A stretch of DNA of 64,000 nt from Methanomicrobiales archaeon (GTDB lineage Archaea; Halobacteriota; Methanomicrobia; Methanomicrobiales; Methanospirillaceae), in contig JANYKQ010000064.1 in the NCBI GenBank assembly GCA_025358115.1, positions 12 through 64,011 on the forward strand, given 5' to 3'. A model generated the notes under the pieces. The model ran no database searches and was not told where the DNA came from. It saw nothing but the letters and a program-made list of their open reading frames with translations. Shown here piece after piece: positions 19,819-28,959 of this stretch. Positions within the stretch are counted from its first letter, which is position 1. Each line of letters opens with the position of its first letter. Both the position numbers and the translations under genes were made by a program.

Positions 19819-20106
19819 ATGTTTTTAAAAATTCATCACATGCCCGGGTCGGCAGATGTGGTGGCTGTCTGCGACCGGGAGCTTCTCAATACAACCATCT
19901 GTCATGAGAAGCTCACGGTGAGAATCCATGAATCATTTTATGGAACTACCCAGGTCAGCGAAGAAGAAGTGCGGTCCGCGCTGGAAAAAGCAGGAAATAT
20001 CAACTTGATTGGTGAGCGTGCGGTCCGGGTGGCCATTTCAATGGGCCTCGTCACTGATGCAGATTGTATCATGATAGGAAAAGTCCCGCACGTACAGATA
20101 TACTAG
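19819..20106 (+). CDS. DUF424 family protein
   Basis: VAVCDRELL, FYG, NLIGERAV, IGKVPHVQ. Confidence 0.88.
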   Translation: MFLKIHHMPGSADVVAVCDRELLNTTICHEKLTVRIHESFYGTTQVSEEEVRSALEKAGNINLIGERAVRVAISMGLVTDADCIMIGKVPHVQIY

Positions 20107-20114
20107 GTTTAATT

Positions 20115-21155
20115 ATGAGTATTCAGGATAGATTCTGCCCGAAATGTGGCAAGATAACAGAAAATGAAGGGCTATGCGGAGAGTGCCAGGTAACCAGTAC
20201 CAAGTGGTTCACCTGCGACAAGCGTGCAACCAGCACGCATTGCCCGAGCTGCGGTGCGATTAAAATTTCATGTACCTGGACGGACTCAACAAAAGAGCGG
20301 GCCGACATTGCACCGGATCTCGCAAAATCCGCAGTGCACCTGCACCCGGATGTAAAAAATGCAGTTATTGATGTCACCGTCGTGGATATGACCGTGAACC
20401 GGTCGCGCGGATATCTTGAGATCAGCGGCGAACTGTACGACAAACCGGTTCATGAGAAATGCATGGTAGAACTCGTCTGGCATAAGGAACAGTGCGATCG
20501 CTGCAACCGGATCAGTGGCAGTTATTACGAGGGAGTTGTGCAGTTCCGTGCAGACGGGAGGCTTCCCAGCAAGTACGAGATCCAGATGGCGTTGACCATC
20601 GCCCAGCAGACTGAGGACAATCTCCAGTCCGGGGGGGAACGCCTCTCGTATATCAATGACATGACCGAGATCCGGGACGGGGTAGATATTATCATCGGAT
20701 CCCAGCATATCGGTGTTCTGATCTGCAAGAATATCATCGCCAAGATGGGGGGCCGGTACAGCACCCACCCGAAACTGGTGGGAGAAAAGAATGGGAGGCA
20801 GCTCTTCCGCATCACCTATGCACTCCGGATTCCCCGGTTCCAGAAGCAGGATGTCGTGCTCAGCCGGGGAAGATATGCAGAGGTTGACCGCGTGGAGTCC
20901 AACCATATCCGGGTCATGGACCTTGCAGACGGCAGCTTCCGCGCAATAAAAGACGATGATGTGGAGCGCACTATCGGTAATGCCCGGGACGCACTGGAAG
21001 CCCAGGTGGTCTTTTCCGACAAGGATATGATTGGGATTCTCGATCCGGATACCGGTCGAACCGTCGAATTCAAGAAATTTGCCTGGATGTGTGCCCGGCC
21101 TGGTGACACCCTCAATATTCTGCGCGACGGGCAGCAGATCATGGTAGTAAGGTAA
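20115..21155 (+). CDS. nmd3: NMD3 family ribosome-biogenesis protein
   Basis: Four CxxC pairs; CDRCNRISGSYYEGVVQFR; start trimmed to ATG 20115. Confidence 0.9.
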   Translation: MSIQDRFCPKCGKITENEGLCGECQVTSTKWFTCDKRATSTHCPSCGAIKISCTWTDSTKERADIAPDLAKSAVHLHPDVKNAVIDVTVVDMTVNRSRGYLEISGELYDKPVHEKCMVELVWHKEQCDRCNRISGSYYEGVVQFRADGRLPSKYEIQMALTIAQQTEDNLQSGGERLSYINDMTEIRDGVDIIIGSQHIGVLICKNIIAKMGGRYSTHPKLVGEKNGRQLFRITYALRIPRFQKQDVVLSRGRYAEVDRVESNHIRVMDLADGSFRAIKDDDVERTIGNARDALEAQVVFSDKDMIGILDPDTGRTVEFKKFAWMCARPGDTLNILRDGQQIMVVR

Positions 21156-21158
21156 GGA

Positions 21159-22037
21159 ATGCACGTCAGGGCGGTACCAAAGGAAAAGATCCGGACCGTA
21201 CTGGAAGAGGACTGGATTGACCGGAACCGGAGTCCCTACGCGGAGGGCGATACCCTCTGGGTCCCGGTCAAAGCGGGCGCCGCGTTTGACCGCGTGATTC
21301 CCGATAACCATCCCTACGCGGGCAGGGGATTTTTCATGATCGGCGAAATTGCCGTGATTCATGGAAAGAAGCCCGCTCATGCTGAAGTTGAAGCGATTGT
21401 ACAGTTCCGCCACCCGCAGGGTGTCGTCTGGATCGAGTCCCTCAATGAGGTGACCCGGACACCCGCAACAGAAGTCCTCTGGGGCGATGTGGGCGAAGTC
21501 CGGCACCAGGAGAACGGGTACAGCTATTTTTTAGATCCCCGCAAAGTGATGTTCTCGCAGGGAAACCGGGTCGAGAAACTGCGGATGGCAGCACTCGTAA
21601 AGGAGAGTGGGCTGCATGAACGGATTGCTGACATGTTCGCCGGGATCGGCTACTTCACGGTGCCCATGTCCGGGAGCGGGGGACGGGTCCATGCAATGGA
21701 GATCAACCCGGTGGCATTTGCGTACCTTCAACGAAATATCATAGCAAACGGATTATCCGGTTGCGTGACCGCCTCCCTTGGCGACTGCAGGAATCTGCTT
21801 TCCGGAACCTACAACCGGATCATCATGGGACATTTTGATGCCATTGAGATGCTGCCCTCCGCTCTGCAGCATGCTGAAGCGGGAAGCACCATCCATCTCC
21901 ATAGTATCGGGAGCGTGGAGGACCAGATCACCGAATGCTGTGCGGGCGCAGGTTTTTCTCCCACCATCATGGTACATAAAGTAAAGAAATACCGGCCACA
22001 TGCCTGGCATGTGGTGCAGGATGTGACCCTCGCATGA
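21159..22037 (+). CDS. Trm5/Taw2-family SAM-dependent tRNA modification enzyme (likely Taw2)
   Basis: KVMFSQGN..EK.R, DMFAGIGYF, EINP. Confidence 0.8.
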   Translation: MHVRAVPKEKIRTVLEEDWIDRNRSPYAEGDTLWVPVKAGAAFDRVIPDNHPYAGRGFFMIGEIAVIHGKKPAHAEVEAIVQFRHPQGVVWIESLNEVTRTPATEVLWGDVGEVRHQENGYSYFLDPRKVMFSQGNRVEKLRMAALVKESGLHERIADMFAGIGYFTVPMSGSGGRVHAMEINPVAFAYLQRNIIANGLSGCVTASLGDCRNLLSGTYNRIIMGHFDAIEMLPSALQHAEAGSTIHLHSIGSVEDQITECCAGAGFSPTIMVHKVKKYRPHAWHVVQDVTLA

Positions 22038-23191
22038 CCCTTGTCCAGACCCTTGCCGGAAAAGAGATCGTAGTCGCGGTCACCGGCAGTATCGCTGCGG
22101 TTGAAACGATAAAACTCATTCATGCCCTCCGTAGGCGCGGTGCTACGGTACAAGCTGTGATGAGTCCCGCAGCAACCGGCATCATCCACCCTGACGCGCT
22201 CACCTATGCAAGCGGTAGGGAGACAGTCCAGCGGATATCGGGCATGGTCGAGCATGTGCAGTACTGCGGGGACGACGGCAGTGCTGACCTGCTGCTCATT
22301 GCCCCGTGCACGGCAAACACCCTGGGAAAAATTGCTGCCGGGATTGATGACACCACGGTCACCACCTTTGCCACGACAGCGATTGGGAGCCGGAAACCGG
22401 TCATCATCGTTCCGGCCATGCACCACAGCATGTACCGCCACCCGGCGGTCCTGGAAAATATTAAGCGCCTGAAACTCTGGGGAATCGAGTGCGCAGAACC
22501 CCGGATTGAGGAGGGGAAGGCCAAGATTGCCGATACGGAAGAGATCGTTCTCCGGTGCGAACGGGCAGTCCTCGACCAGCCACTCAAAGGGCAGAGGGTC
22601 GTAATCACCAGCGGCCCCTGCCGGGAACCGGTGGACGATGTCCGCGTGCTGACCACCCGGTCAAGCGGGCGTATGGGCAGGGCACTTGCCCTCCAGGCTT
22701 ACCGTCTGGGCGCTGCGGTAACCGTTGTCCACCGGGACACGTTCCCCTGCGTAAACAATGTTCATAGCGAAACTGCCGAAGAGATGCGTACCGCAGTTCT
22801 TGACATTTTCTCCGGTACAGGTGCTGATATCTATATCAGTGCTGCAGCGATCTCTGATTTTGCTCCCCGGAAAATTGACGGTAAGATTCCCAGCGGGAAA
22901 AAGGCACATCTTGACCTTGAACCCCTCCCAAAACTCCTGGACGAAGTGATAAAAAAATATTCCCCGACAACCATCGCCTTCAAACTGGGCAGGGACCAGG
23001 AGAAAAAGGCCCAGGAAATGATCACAAAAGGGGATATTGCCATGGTACTGGTGAATGCTCCGGAGACCATGGACAGCGAACACGGAGATTACACAATGAT
23101 GATGCAGTGCGATACCTCCGTTTTAACCGGGACCAAAGATGAGATTGCCGTTGCGGTCTGGAAGAAATATTGCAGTAAACACCCGGTCTGA
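22034..23191 (+). CDS. coaBC: Phosphopantothenoylcysteine decarboxylase/synthetase
   Basis: TGSIAA, APCTANTLGK, PAMH, DDVRVLTTRSSGRMG, AAAISDF. Confidence 0.95.
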   Translation: MTLVQTLAGKEIVVAVTGSIAAVETIKLIHALRRRGATVQAVMSPAATGIIHPDALTYASGRETVQRISGMVEHVQYCGDDGSADLLLIAPCTANTLGKIAAGIDDTTVTTFATTAIGSRKPVIIVPAMHHSMYRHPAVLENIKRLKLWGIECAEPRIEEGKAKIADTEEIVLRCERAVLDQPLKGQRVVITSGPCREPVDDVRVLTTRSSGRMGRALALQAYRLGAAVTVVHRDTFPCVNNVHSETAEEMRTAVLDIFSGTGADIYISAAAISDFAPRKIDGKIPSGKKAHLDLEPLPKLLDEVIKKYSPTTIAFKLGRDQEKKAQEMITKGDIAMVLVNAPETMDSEHGDYTMMMQCDTSVLTGTKDEIAVAVWKKYCSKHPV

Positions 23192-23335
23192 TCGCACAAT
23201 ACACTTCATCCGTCATCACTTTTTTAAAACAAGAACCGGTTTTAATGACGACAAAGAGTCCCCGCTCTACCGCACAACCAGTCGGAATAAAAAAAATGGG
23301 GTAATTTTATATGGTTTTTTCATGAATATTCATAT

Positions 23336-23767
23336 ATGTCAACTATGAAGAGGAGCGAAGTAAACACAGCACCGGCGGGTTTTTCTTTCCAGATCCCTAT
23401 TTTTTATAAACTGATGGTGAGTATGCTCTTTATTGCCACAATCCCGATAATTCTCCTCGGGATCGTATACATGGGGGATACCACCAGTATCATCAAAAAT
23501 ATCGGCCTGACCAACAGTATTTTTATCATCACGCTCATTACGCTCTCTGTCGTGGTCATGTGGAGTTTTTTCCTGGCAAACAGTATCACAAATCCGATAG
23601 TCAAGCTCTCCAAGATTGCAAACAGCATGAGCACCGGAGAACTGACAAATCCTGAGATTATGCTGCTCAGTAACGATGAGATTGGCGAACTTCAGACTGC
23701 ATTCAACCGGATGATCAATACGTACAAAATTCTGGATACCCTGGCAAAAGAAGATACTGAATTGTAA
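23336..23767 (+). CDS. Two-TM protein ending in a HAMP domain
   Basis: Two hydrophobic helices; ITNPIVKLSKIANSMSTGEL...DEIGELQTAFNRM. Confidence 0.85.
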   Translation: MSTMKRSEVNTAPAGFSFQIPIFYKLMVSMLFIATIPIILLGIVYMGDTTSIIKNIGLTNSIFIITLITLSVVVMWSFFLANSITNPIVKLSKIANSMSTGELTNPEIMLLSNDEIGELQTAFNRMINTYKILDTLAKEDTEL

Positions 23768-23892
23768 GAACGCTTTATACACTACCATTGCATCAATAAA
23801 ACATACAAGAAAAAAACCGGGGAATAATTCACACAAATCCTCCGGGATAATTATCCAGAAGAGATCGCAACAATAATTTCCGGTGTACACCG

Positions 23893-24243
23893 ATGCTCAA
23901 ACAGACCCTCACCAAGTTTCTCGTAATCAATGGGGTACAGGCTGCCATCATCGTAGAAGAGAATGGGGAGATCATCGAAAGCATAAAATCGGGAATTGTA
24001 ATCGATAAGAAAAAACTCTATTCAATTATCTCTACCATTATGGTAGACTCAAAGGCAACCGCATCACGCTTTGGAAGTTCTCCCCTTTCCATGGTCTTTG
24101 TCGAGTATTCCGATAATTTCATCATTCTCGGACCCATGGCCGAGGAATTTTACCTGGTCATTATCGCAAAAAACACTGCCAACATTGGCCAGATCACCTA
24201 TGAAATGAAAAAGAACCAGGAAGAGATCGTTTCTGACTTATGA
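23893..24243 (+). CDS. Roadblock/LC7 (MglB-like) protein
   Basis: GVQAAIIVEENGEII...ANIGQITYEMKK; 116 aa. Confidence 0.82.
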   Translation: MLKQTLTKFLVINGVQAAIIVEENGEIIESIKSGIVIDKKKLYSIISTIMVDSKATASRFGSSPLSMVFVEYSDNFIILGPMAEEFYLVIIAKNTANIGQITYEMKKNQEEIVSDL

Positions 24244-25082
24244 TCGAACAATTACCTGACGGCAACAGTATCGGATGGATGCAGGCACCCCCGCAATGGA
24301 TATTTACCCATACGGTACGATTCGTCGGGATTGTAAGGATTGTTATCCAGGATGGCGAAGGGTTTATTCTCATCAGGCGCGGAAAACCGGTCTATTATTT
24401 TTTTAAACACGGGAGAATTGAATTAAAGGGTCATTCAGCCCTGGATTATTTTAATTCACACCCGATCATTGAATTTAATCTCTGCAAATATTCCCCGGAA
24501 GAATTTGCCCTGGCAATGAAAATATGTAACATTGAAGGGGAGGATCCGCAAGGACAAACCGAATCCCCTAAAGTCGCACCACCCGAACCCGTTCGCGAAC
24601 CAGTTCCCTCAACCCCGACACCGGTTGCAGAATCCGAAGTGTCCGAATTACTCTTAGAAGAGATTCCTCCCCGCCCATTATTTCACCCGGCAGAACCGCG
24701 GGTCGAGGAGCCGGCAACGATACCCCAACCCATCATGCTGGAAGAATCCGATATCAAACTTATCGGCCAGATTAAAAAACTCAACGGGGTTGTTGCCATT
24801 TCGGTCTTCAACGATGAGCGCAACATCCTCCTCATGGGAGATGTGGACATTGAACCGCTCCTGAATATCGCACGGAGTATGCTTGCAACCAGCAGGAAGA
24901 TCTCCCCCCAGGTTGAATGGGGGTCATTTGTTCATATGACCCTCCAGAGTCCCGAGGGAAATATCATTATCGCGCCCTATTATGATGTATACCTCTGCCT
25001 GTTTACCACCCGGACGATCAATATCGGGCATATCCGCAGAATACTCCGTGACCTGCAACTGACAAAGAGAACTCAGGATTAA
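24240..25082 (+). CDS. N-terminal DUF2226-like domain, Pro/Glu linker and C-terminal roadblock-like domain
   Basis: FVGIVRI...GFILIRRGK; IKKLNGVVAISVF...INIGHIRRILR. Confidence 0.6.
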   Translation: MIEQLPDGNSIGWMQAPPQWIFTHTVRFVGIVRIVIQDGEGFILIRRGKPVYYFFKHGRIELKGHSALDYFNSHPIIEFNLCKYSPEEFALAMKICNIEGEDPQGQTESPKVAPPEPVREPVPSTPTPVAESEVSELLLEEIPPRPLFHPAEPRVEEPATIPQPIMLEESDIKLIGQIKKLNGVVAISVFNDERNILLMGDVDIEPLLNIARSMLATSRKISPQVEWGSFVHMTLQSPEGNIIIAPYYDVYLCLFTTRTINIGHIRRILRDLQLTKRTQD

Positions 25083-25240
25083 TAATAACCAGAGTTGCGA
25101 AAAAAATTACGATCGTTTCTGTCTCCTGCGGGGTGTACGTTTTAAACAAAATCTTTTTGTGTGAGAAAATCCCTGACAGGATTCATTAATGAGGAAAAAC
25201 ACCCAATTCTTTTCACAGATTTAATGGAGGGCTCCTCATC

Positions 25241-26104
25241 ATACACAACACGGTTGTAGCATTCTGCCCGGGCCACATCTCCGGCTATTTTAAAAGGGTT
25301 GAGGGGAGCACAACACTCACTACGGGGAGTATCGGGGCAGGTATTGTCATCACAGAAGGAGTTACATCCTCAGTCACTCCGGCAAAGTCTCCATCGGTCG
25401 AGATCCGGCACCGGGCGGCAGATCGAACGGTGACAATACTTTCATCAAAATCGCCTCCACTCACATCGCTCATGGAGCAACTGGGAGTAACGGCATCGGT
25501 CACCACAGAGTGTCACCTGCCCATCGGGGCGGGGTTCGGACTGTCCGCGGCAGCTCTCCTGGCCACTGCTACAGCATTAAACCATCTCTTTAATCTCGGT
25601 CTGACCCCGAGGGATATTGCGCTCAGCTCACACAGGATAGAAGTTGAGCACAGGACCGGCCTTGGCGATGTAGCAGCAGCACAGGCCGGGGGACGTGTCA
25701 TCCGGCAGGGTCCGGGAATAGATGCCCGGATTGAACGGTATTTTGATCTCCCGGAACTCCTGTATTCGGTGAGTTTTGGACCGATTCATACCCCGACGGT
25801 CCTTGGATCACCTGCCCGGATGGAACAGGTTTCATCAGCCTTTCCCTCAAGGTCCCCGGACAATGCAGAGGATTTTTTCATTCTTTCAAAACAGTTTGCT
25901 GATAAGAGCGGTCTCATGACCGGCCCGGTAAAAAAAGTGCTTTTGGCTTGCGAACATGAGAATATTCCGGCAGCTATGACCATGCTTGGTGAAGGCGTCT
26001 TTGCCTATGGAAAAAAAGCCCGGAACGTGCTCCTGCCCTTTGGCGAAGTCTACGAGTTCCGGGTATCTCCCACCGGACCGGAAATCGTCGGGGAACAGAG
26101 ATGA
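25241..26104 (+). CDS. pok: Pantoate kinase (GHMP family); apparent start is ATA
   Basis: AFCPGHISGYF and GSIGAG lie in frame upstream of the track's GTG 25430; PIGAGFGLSAA, TGLGDV, MTMLG; adjacent to pps. Confidence 0.88.
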   Translation: MHNTVVAFCPGHISGYFKRVEGSTTLTTGSIGAGIVITEGVTSSVTPAKSPSVEIRHRAADRTVTILSSKSPPLTSLMEQLGVTASVTTECHLPIGAGFGLSAAALLATATALNHLFNLGLTPRDIALSSHRIEVEHRTGLGDVAAAQAGGRVIRQGPGIDARIERYFDLPELLYSVSFGPIHTPTVLGSPARMEQVSSAFPSRSPDNAEDFFILSKQFADKSGLMTGPVKKVLLACEHENIPAAMTMLGEGVFAYGKKARNVLLPFGEVYEFRVSPTGPEIVGEQR

Positions 26105-26832
26105 TTCCGAAAGATCATCCCCGGTATCACTCACTGGTCACCCGGGAGAAGCTTGCAGGGTGTGCCCGATCGGGCATTCTTTCAATGGAAGGGCTCACGG
26201 CCCATGGACGAGGGGAAGCCTTTGATTACCTCATCGGGGAGAGAACAACGGATAGTGCACGGTTGGCTGAACGGATAGCAGCGGCGATACTGCTGACCGC
26301 TCACCACCCGGTTATCTCAGTGAATGGCAATACCGCTGCCTTAGCTGCAGAACAGATAGCTGCTCTCCAGAAGGTAAGCGGGGCGATGGTGGAAGTAAAC
26401 CTGTTCCACAGGACAGAAGAACGGGTACAGCAGATCGAAGACCTGCTCCACGGAGCGGGAGCAGATGTTTTTTCCGGAGAAGCAGAGAGGTTACTCCCGC
26501 TCTCCCATGACCGGGCCTGGTGCCGGCGGGAGGGGATGTACTCCGCAGATGTCGTGATGGTTCCCTTAGAAGACGGTGACCGGTGCGAGGCACTGGTAAA
26601 AATGGGCAAAACGGTTATTGCAATCGACTTGAACCCGCTCTCCCGGACTGCCCGCTCCGCAACACTGACCATTGTTGATGAGCTCACCCGGGCACTCCCC
26701 GGAATTACTGCTGCCTGCAAAGAGCTCTCCGAACCGGAATGCCGGCAGCTCACCGCTTCGGTTGACAATCATTATCTTTTGTCAGAAGCAATACGTGAGA
26801 TAACCCTGAGGCTTTGCCATGCTATGGATTGA
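26101..26832 (+). CDS. pps: 4-phosphopantoate--beta-alanine ligase
   Basis: HPRYHSL, AHGRGEAFDYLIGE, VPLEDGDR, DLNPLSRT. Confidence 0.94.
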   Translation: MIPKDHPRYHSLVTREKLAGCARSGILSMEGLTAHGRGEAFDYLIGERTTDSARLAERIAAAILLTAHHPVISVNGNTAALAAEQIAALQKVSGAMVEVNLFHRTEERVQQIEDLLHGAGADVFSGEAERLLPLSHDRAWCRREGMYSADVVMVPLEDGDRCEALVKMGKTVIAIDLNPLSRTARSATLTIVDELTRALPGITAACKELSEPECRQLTASVDNHYLLSEAIREITLRLCHAMD

Positions 26833-27814
26833 AAGATACCGACCAAAAGAATTTGATGATATCCTGGGCCAGGAACCGTCAATCCGTCTCCTTTCATCCT
26901 TTGCTGAAAAAAAAACCCTGCCTCACCTTATCCTCACCGGCCCGCACGGTACGGGAAAAAGTGCTGCAATTGAATGCTTTGCAAGAAAACTGTACGGGGA
27001 AGACTGGGAGCTCAATACTTCCCGGTTCCCGACCGCAGACCTCTTTTCCCAGGGTAAAGCGTTTCTTGAACAGGATGACCGGTATACTCATCTCTACCAG
27101 AAGAACCAGTCGCTCATCAACAATTTCAAATATATCATCAAGTGGTATGCATCCCTGCGCCCGCTGGACGCCGAGTTCAAGCTGATGATCTTTGAAGATG
27201 CCCATGCACTCACCATGGACGCACAGCAGGCATTGCGAAGGATTATGGAGCGGTCAAGTGGTACCTGCCGGTTCATCTTTACTACAACCAACCAGAGTTC
27301 AATTATCCCTGCCATTTCATCCCGCTGCCTGCCCCTCTTCTTTGCCCCGGTGGATCAGGCTGTGATGCTCAATCACCTTCGCACGATCAAGGCACAGGAG
27401 CCCCCGGAAAAACAGGGTTGTTCGGAAGATGATCTCGAACTCATTGTCCAGGCAGCCCGTGGAGACATGCGCCGGGGAATCCTGTTGCTGCAGGTCGCTT
27501 TAGAGACCGGAAAATGTCACAGTCTCTTTGAAGTTGATCAATCGGAAACCGCAAATATCTCGGCGTCTGCAATCAGGGCCATCAAGGACGGGGATATTCG
27601 TGGCGCGGTGAGAAGGCTTGAATCCCTCATGATCGATTACGGGTTGTCCGGCAGTGAAGTGCTCGAACAGATCAGGATGATCACCCGGAGGGAATATAAT
27701 CACCCGGAAATTGCCATCGCGCTGGCTGATGCCGAACTCAGGATGCGGCACAGCAACAATGAATTTGTCCAGATCGGGGCATTTACCACAAAGGTCCAGA
27801 AGGTGTTTTCATGA
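26819..27814 (+). CDS. Second RFC small subunit (RFCS2-type)
   Basis: WIERYRP, GPHGTGKS, AQQALRRIME, SRC, GDMRR; Walker B altered to EDAH. Confidence 0.88.
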   Translation: MLWIERYRPKEFDDILGQEPSIRLLSSFAEKKTLPHLILTGPHGTGKSAAIECFARKLYGEDWELNTSRFPTADLFSQGKAFLEQDDRYTHLYQKNQSLINNFKYIIKWYASLRPLDAEFKLMIFEDAHALTMDAQQALRRIMERSSGTCRFIFTTTNQSSIIPAISSRCLPLFFAPVDQAVMLNHLRTIKAQEPPEKQGCSEDDLELIVQAARGDMRRGILLLQVALETGKCHSLFEVDQSETANISASAIRAIKDGDIRGAVRRLESLMIDYGLSGSEVLEQIRMITRREYNHPEIAIALADAELRMRHSNNEFVQIGAFTTKVQKVFS

Positions 27815-28542
27815 GCGCAACCAGACACGACAAGATCCAGCACCACTACGACTCCATCGCCGACATCTATGATCACCATTACGATCATCACCGGGGGAGG
27901 AGTTATCACATGCATATCAGCAACCAGCTCATGCGACCGTTACCCCGCGGGGGACGACTCCTGGATATCGGATGCGGGACCGGGCTGTTTGTTGAAAAAT
28001 TTATCAAAAACGGGGGAACTGCCATTGGACTGGATATCAGCGGTAAGATGATCTCGCGGGCGTGCCACCGGTGTCCCACCAGCGAATTTATTCTCGGAAC
28101 CGGGGAAAAAATTCCCTTCCGGGACAATTCATTCGAAGCAGTTGCAAGCCTGCTGGCATTCAGTTACGTAAAGGATCCACATGCCATGCTCACCGAATCC
28201 TACCGGGTACTAAAACCCGGGGGTGTCATATCTATCTGCACATTGGGGAAAAAACTCCTCACCCGGGGAATTCCCACCCTCTATCAACTCGGGGAGATGA
28301 TGAAGGTAAAGCATCTCGTGATGAAGGATTTCGGCGAGCATTATTACGATAAGAATGAGATGATCAGTCTCTTTACCGGGGGAGGGTTTTCTGATATTAA
28401 CGTATCCTGGTGTTCCTTTGCCCATATTGACATGATCGATCCGCTCTTCAACTTCGCCCAGAAAGTCGAGCCATTTGTTGAGAAAAGCGTTCCCCAACTG
28501 GCCTATAATATCTGTGTGAGCGGAAGAAAACCGCGCGAATAA
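27811..28542 (+). CDS. Class I SAM-dependent methyltransferase
   Basis: LDIGCGTG, GLDIS, PFRDNSFE, RVLKPGG. Confidence 0.88.
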   Translation: MSATRHDKIQHHYDSIADIYDHHYDHHRGRSYHMHISNQLMRPLPRGGRLLDIGCGTGLFVEKFIKNGGTAIGLDISGKMISRACHRCPTSEFILGTGEKIPFRDNSFEAVASLLAFSYVKDPHAMLTESYRVLKPGGVISICTLGKKLLTRGIPTLYQLGEMMKVKHLVMKDFGEHYYDKNEMISLFTGGGFSDINVSWCSFAHIDMIDPLFNFAQKVEPFVEKSVPQLAYNICVSGRKPRE

Positions 28543-28548
28543 AAAAGT

Positions 28549-28690
28549 GACTCTGTTGAAACCCTCTAATAAAGAGGGGGTTCAAGAGGACGCACCCCTT
28601 GGGCTGCCTCCCCCTCTGGGGGAGAGAGGGGGTCACCCTCCAAACAGTTTCTGAATGAAAGCAAATCACCGGAAACAGGATTTCACATGA
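28549..28690. repeat. GC-rich hairpin element, possibly a non-autonomous IS-derived (MITE-like) repeat
   Basis: Hairpins CCTCT-AATAA-AGAGG and CTCCCCC-TCT-GGGGGAG; begins GACTCTGTTGAAACC, with a weak counterpart GGATTTCAC at the right end. Confidence 0.35.
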
Positions 28691-28749
28691 AAATCAGATT
28701 TTCGTTCAGTTTGGTTAATGGGTCCCCGTTCAAAATACCAACAGGATTG

Positions 28750-28865
28750 TGCCGCCGCCCCCGACGGGGCGCCCCCGCGGCGGTTCATGGACTGGATACT
28801 TCCCGATAAACAGATTTGCCCAGCGAGGCCCCGATGAGGCGGCCGAGCGACCCCCGAAGGGGGTA
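28750..28865. repeat. REP-like GC-rich palindromic element
   Basis: CCGCCGC...GCGGCGG stem and ACCCCC-GAA-GGGGGT hairpin in an intergenic region between convergent genes. Confidence 0.45.
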
Positions 28866-28959
28866 GGAAGATTCCTGAAGTCTATAAGTAGTGGTATCAC
28901 ATTTTCATGTTTCGGGTGCGAACACCCGTTCATGTGCGTTTCAACAAAGCCAAAAAAAA

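Noticed and set aside
20286-21506. 406-aa antisense ORF, and similar shadows such as 28891..29694, 3214..4047 and 51514..52335
   Set aside because: They overlap well-supported genes and show no motifs; typical shadow ORFs
26819-27814. Second RFC small subunit as a novelty
   Set aside because: Two small subunits are already described in Methanosarcina-type and haloarchaeal RFC
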